DNA of 64,000 nt from Endomicrobiales bacterium (GTDB lineage: Bacteria; Elusimicrobiota; Endomicrobiia; Endomicrobiales; JALOBY01): the NCBI GenBank assembly GCA_963796955.1, contig CAWCNJ010000004.1:1-64000 (forward strand), read 5' to 3'. The position numbers were made by a program, and so were the translations under genes. This document shows positions 61,313-64,000 of the stretch, piece after piece. The notes under the pieces were generated by a model. That model saw nothing but the letters and a program-made list of their open reading frames with translations, was not told the DNA's origin and searched no databases. Numbering within the stretch: the stretch's first letter is position 1; every line of letters starts with the position of its first letter.

Positions 61313-61950
61313 CTGAATCTCTTTTCGACGATCTTGACTATCTGGTCGTGAACACTGTCGATATCCTGCAGGGCGTCTATAACGGCGATCCGTTTGGGTT
61401 GTTTCTTCGCCAGGGCTCGAAAACCTGCCCTCACTTTTTTATGGAAAATGATATTTTCCTGTTCTATGCGGTCGCCGGCAAAACCTTCTTTCTGTAATTT
61501 CCGGGCCCGTGCAAGACCGATCTCGGCGGGGATATCCAGCAGCACGGTAAGCGCCGGCATGATACCCATGGTCGCGGCTTCGTTAAGCCGTTCAACGGTT
61601 TTAATATGTATGCCGCGGCCGTAGCTCTGGTAAGCCAGCGTTGAATCCGTGAACCGGTCGCACAGCACCACTTTCCCGCTGTTGAGCGACGGTATTATTA
61701 ATTCCGCCATAAGCTGAGCGCGGCTGGCCTCGTATAAAAAAAGCTCCGCCATCGGCTGAATATGGTTTGCCGGGTTCAGTAATAAAGCACGAATATTCTC
61801 GGAGAACGAACTGCCGCCCGGCTCTCTGGTCATCAGCACCCTGCCGTCAAAGCCGTGCCGGTCCATGTGCCGCGCCAAAAGCTGTATCTGCGTGCTTTTT
61901 CCGCACCCTTCCGGTCCTTCGAATGTGATAAAAATACCTTTCTTCTTCAT
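61309..61950 (-). CDS. tmk: Thymidylate kinase
   Basis: EGPEGCGKST, REPGG, DRFTDSTLAYQ. Confidence 0.97.
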   Translation of the reverse strand: MKKKGIFITFEGPEGCGKSTQIQLLARHMDRHGFDGRVLMTREPGGSSFSENIRALLLNPANHIQPMAELFLYEASRAQLMAELIIPSLNSGKVVLCDRFTDSTLAYQSYGRGIHIKTVERLNEAATMGIMPALTVLLDIPAEIGLARARKLQKEGFAGDRIEQENIIFHKKVRAGFRALAKKQPKRIAVIDALQDIDSVHDQIVKIVEKRFR

Positions 61951-62034
61951 AAATCAGTCTAAATTCTACCAAAATATACCCCGATTGGCAATGAATGTGT
62001 ATAATGTTCAGTGTAGACTGATCACGGAGGGAAT

Positions 62035-62355
62035 ATGATACGAGCTAAGATCATTAACGCTATGAAAACGTACCCGAAGTTCTATCAGAAGGTTTGGACC
62101 GAATGCGCCAATATTCCGAGGGGCACTACGATCTCTTACAGCGAGCTTGCCCGGCGTATCGGCTCTCCACGCGCCGCCCGTGCCGTGGGTCTCGCCCTTG
62201 CCCGTAACCCTTTCGCGCCTGAGATCCCCTGCCACCGCGTCATACGGGCGGACGGCAAAATGGGCGGTTACTCGGGGCCTTGCGGCGTCGCCAGAAAAAT
62301 AGAACTGCTCAAAGCGGAAGCAAGACGGCGGAAAGTGGCAAAGGGACCGCGGTGA
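62035..62355 (+). CDS. O6-methylguanine-DNA methyltransferase family protein (DNA-binding domain only)
   Basis: SYSELA...ARAVG...PCHRV; start may be 62062. Confidence 0.9.
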   Translation: MIRAKIINAMKTYPKFYQKVWTECANIPRGTTISYSELARRIGSPRAARAVGLALARNPFAPEIPCHRVIRADGKMGGYSGPCGVARKIELLKAEARRRKVAKGPR

Positions 62356-62397
62356 AAACGGTGAATGTATTATAATGACTGATGGGGGACAATATCT

Positions 62398-62829
62398 ATG
62401 AACGAAACGAACACCGTTGACCATATTCAACAGGAACTTTCCCTTGCGGAAAACCTGGGCGTAGCGATAATGAACCTGATAAGCCTTGAGGAACATATGT
62501 TCTTCAGCGCGAACAAGACGGGGAAAGACCGCTATTACGGCATGCTTAACGAGGTCCGTGAAATGCGCAAGGAAATGCTCAAAAATATATTGGTAACTTA
62601 TGAAGGGGAGGGCTGGTGCATAGGTAAACATCTGCTCGCTTCATCTATGCGCCTTTTGGAAGTCGGGACAAAAGCCTTGAAAAACGGCGGTACCGCCGAG
62701 GCGAAGCCGTACTTCGCTAAATCCTACAGATTGTTCCAAATGTTCTGGGAGCTGGCCCCCCGGCAAAAAGCGCCTGCTGCCGGGGCACCGGTGTGCGCTG
62801 TAGCTGAAATGAATTGTTGCAAAGAATAA
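62398..62829 (+). CDS. Hypothetical helical protein
   Basis: Clean ORF with GGGGG SD; LEEH, WCIGKH and C-terminal CC. Confidence 0.7.
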   Translation: MNETNTVDHIQQELSLAENLGVAIMNLISLEEHMFFSANKTGKDRYYGMLNEVREMRKEMLKNILVTYEGEGWCIGKHLLASSMRLLEVGTKALKNGGTAEAKPYFAKSYRLFQMFWELAPRQKAPAAGAPVCAVAEMNCCKE

Positions 62830-62918
62830 AAAAATATTTGAAGAATATGAAGATTTTCATTGTAGAATATCCTGTAATCAAGTACAATAGCACTTCATGC
62901 CCGTGCGGATGAACATTT

Positions 62919-64000
62919 ATGGATAACAAACCTTTTAAAGAATTGAAGATAGGTGATCTGACGGCCACACTGCCTGTGATACAGGGCGGGATGGGTGTGT
63001 GCGTTTCGCTTTCGGGCCTGGCCGCCGCCGTTGCCAATGAAGGCGGCATCGGCGTGATCGCGACCGCCGTTATCGGCATGTCGGAGCCGGACTACCACAA
63101 AGACCTGGTTGCCGCCGATATCACCGCGCTGCGCCGTGAAATAAGAAAGGCCAGAAGCCTTACTAACGGTATACTGGGTGTCAATATAATGGTAGCCATC
63201 ACCAATTACGCTGCTTTCGTCTGGACCGCCATCGAAGAAGGCATAGATATAATATTTTCGGGCGGGGGCCTGCCGCTGAGCCTGCCTAAGTATGTTACCA
63301 GTTCAACCAAGGTCAAGCTTGTGCCTATAGTCTCTTCTGCAAGAGCAGCCGGTCTTATTGCCCGCCAATGGACGGAAAAATATAACCGCATCCCGGATGC
63401 TGTGGTTGTAGAAGGGCCGCTTGCAGGTGGACACCTCGGCTTTAAGCTTGAAGAGATAGATAACCCGGATTTTGCGCTTGAAAAGCTCGTCCCGGAAGTT
63501 ATCGCCGAGATGAAAAAAGTAAAGCAGGAAGTAGGTCACCATATACCGGTTATCGCCGCCGGCGGCATATATAGCGGCGCTGATATTTACAAATATATGG
63601 ACCAGATCGGCGCTGACGGCGTACAGATGGCGACCAGATTTGTTACCACGGATGAGTGTGATGCCGCGCCTGAGTTTAAACAAGCCTACATCAACGCGAA
63701 AAAAGATGATGTTATGATAATTAAAAGTCCCGTCGGCATGCCCGGGCGCGCAATAAAAGGCGAGTTCCTGGACGATGTATCCAAAGGCATTAAAAAACCC
63801 TTCAAATGCCCCTACCACTGCATTAAAACCTGCGACGTCGTTAACGCCCCCTACTGCATAGGCATGGCCCTGATAAATGCGAAGCGCGGCAAGCTGAAAG
63901 ACGGTTTTGCCTTCGCCGGAGCCAATGTCTACAAAACAGACAAAATAATCCCCGTTAAACAGCTGGTCGCCGCCCTCAAAGAAGAATATACCCAGGCCGC
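62919..64000 (+). CDS. Nitronate monooxygenase / FabK-FabX family flavoprotein (runs off the window)
   Basis: Manual translation: LPVIQGGMG, EGPLAGGHLG, VIAAGGI, GVQMATRF, CPYHCIKTC...YCI. Confidence 0.9.
   Translation, partial: MDNKPFKELKIGDLTATLPVIQGGMGVCVSLSGLAAAVANEGGIGVIATAVIGMSEPDYHKDLVAADITALRREIRKARSLTNGILGVNIMVAITNYAAFVWTAIEEGIDIIFSGGGLPLSLPKYVTSSTKVKLVPIVSSARAAGLIARQWTEKYNRIPDAVVVEGPLAGGHLGFKLEEIDNPDFALEKLVPEVIAEMKKVKQEVGHHIPVIAAGGIYSGADIYKYMDQIGADGVQMATRFVTTDECDAAPEFKQAYINAKKDDVMIIKSPVGMPGRAIKGEFLDDVSKGIKKPFKCPYHCIKTCDVVNAPYCIGMALINAKRGKLKDGFAFAGANVYKTDKIIPVKQLVAALKEEYTQA

Overview
Bacterial chromosomal window from a probably diderm, anaerobic or microaerophilic organism. Gene order and the PorV-like/T9SS-CTD genes suggest Elusimicrobiota, but this is an inference only. 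Layout: (i) 1-10.9 kb is an accessory region with a RAYT-type HUH/Y1 transposase bounded by perfect 30-bp inverted repeats plus a truncated tandem copy, an intact IS3 inserted into a flavodoxin-ferredoxin gene, a sensor kinase, a hemerythrin and an HTH-Fic gene. (ii) 11-19.8 kb has tRNA-Leu, a ParB-like/metallophosphoesterase pair, tRNA-fMet, deaD, an apparently exported Fe/Mn-SOD, and an NHL-repeat protein with a T9SS-like C-terminal domain next to a PorV-like barrel. (iii) 20-26.7 kb is an 8-gene extracytosolic flavinylation/redox cluster. It joins the diderm DUF2271/DUF4266/TlpA/DUF3570/DsbD module to Listeria-EET-like EetA and an EetB-FmnA(EcfT) fusion plus ApbE, and is the best candidate for an undescribed system. 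(iv) F-type ATP synthase operon. (v) Fic plus toxin-antitoxin islet. (vi) Housekeeping run tilS-ftsH-folE-folP-cdaA-(32-aa mini-cdaR)-glmM-pdxJ-glmS-acpS-nnrD...thiL-tsaE-tsaB, and on the minus strand tmk-holB-yaaT-metG-tatD. Non-coding oddities include a ~125-bp rod-like palindrome, two arrays of five GATC at 9-bp period, a duplicated hairpin, and A+C to G+T composition switches at cassette junctions. Four single-base frameshifts, one in atpD, suggest assembly indel errors. All family calls come from motif recognition, not database searches.
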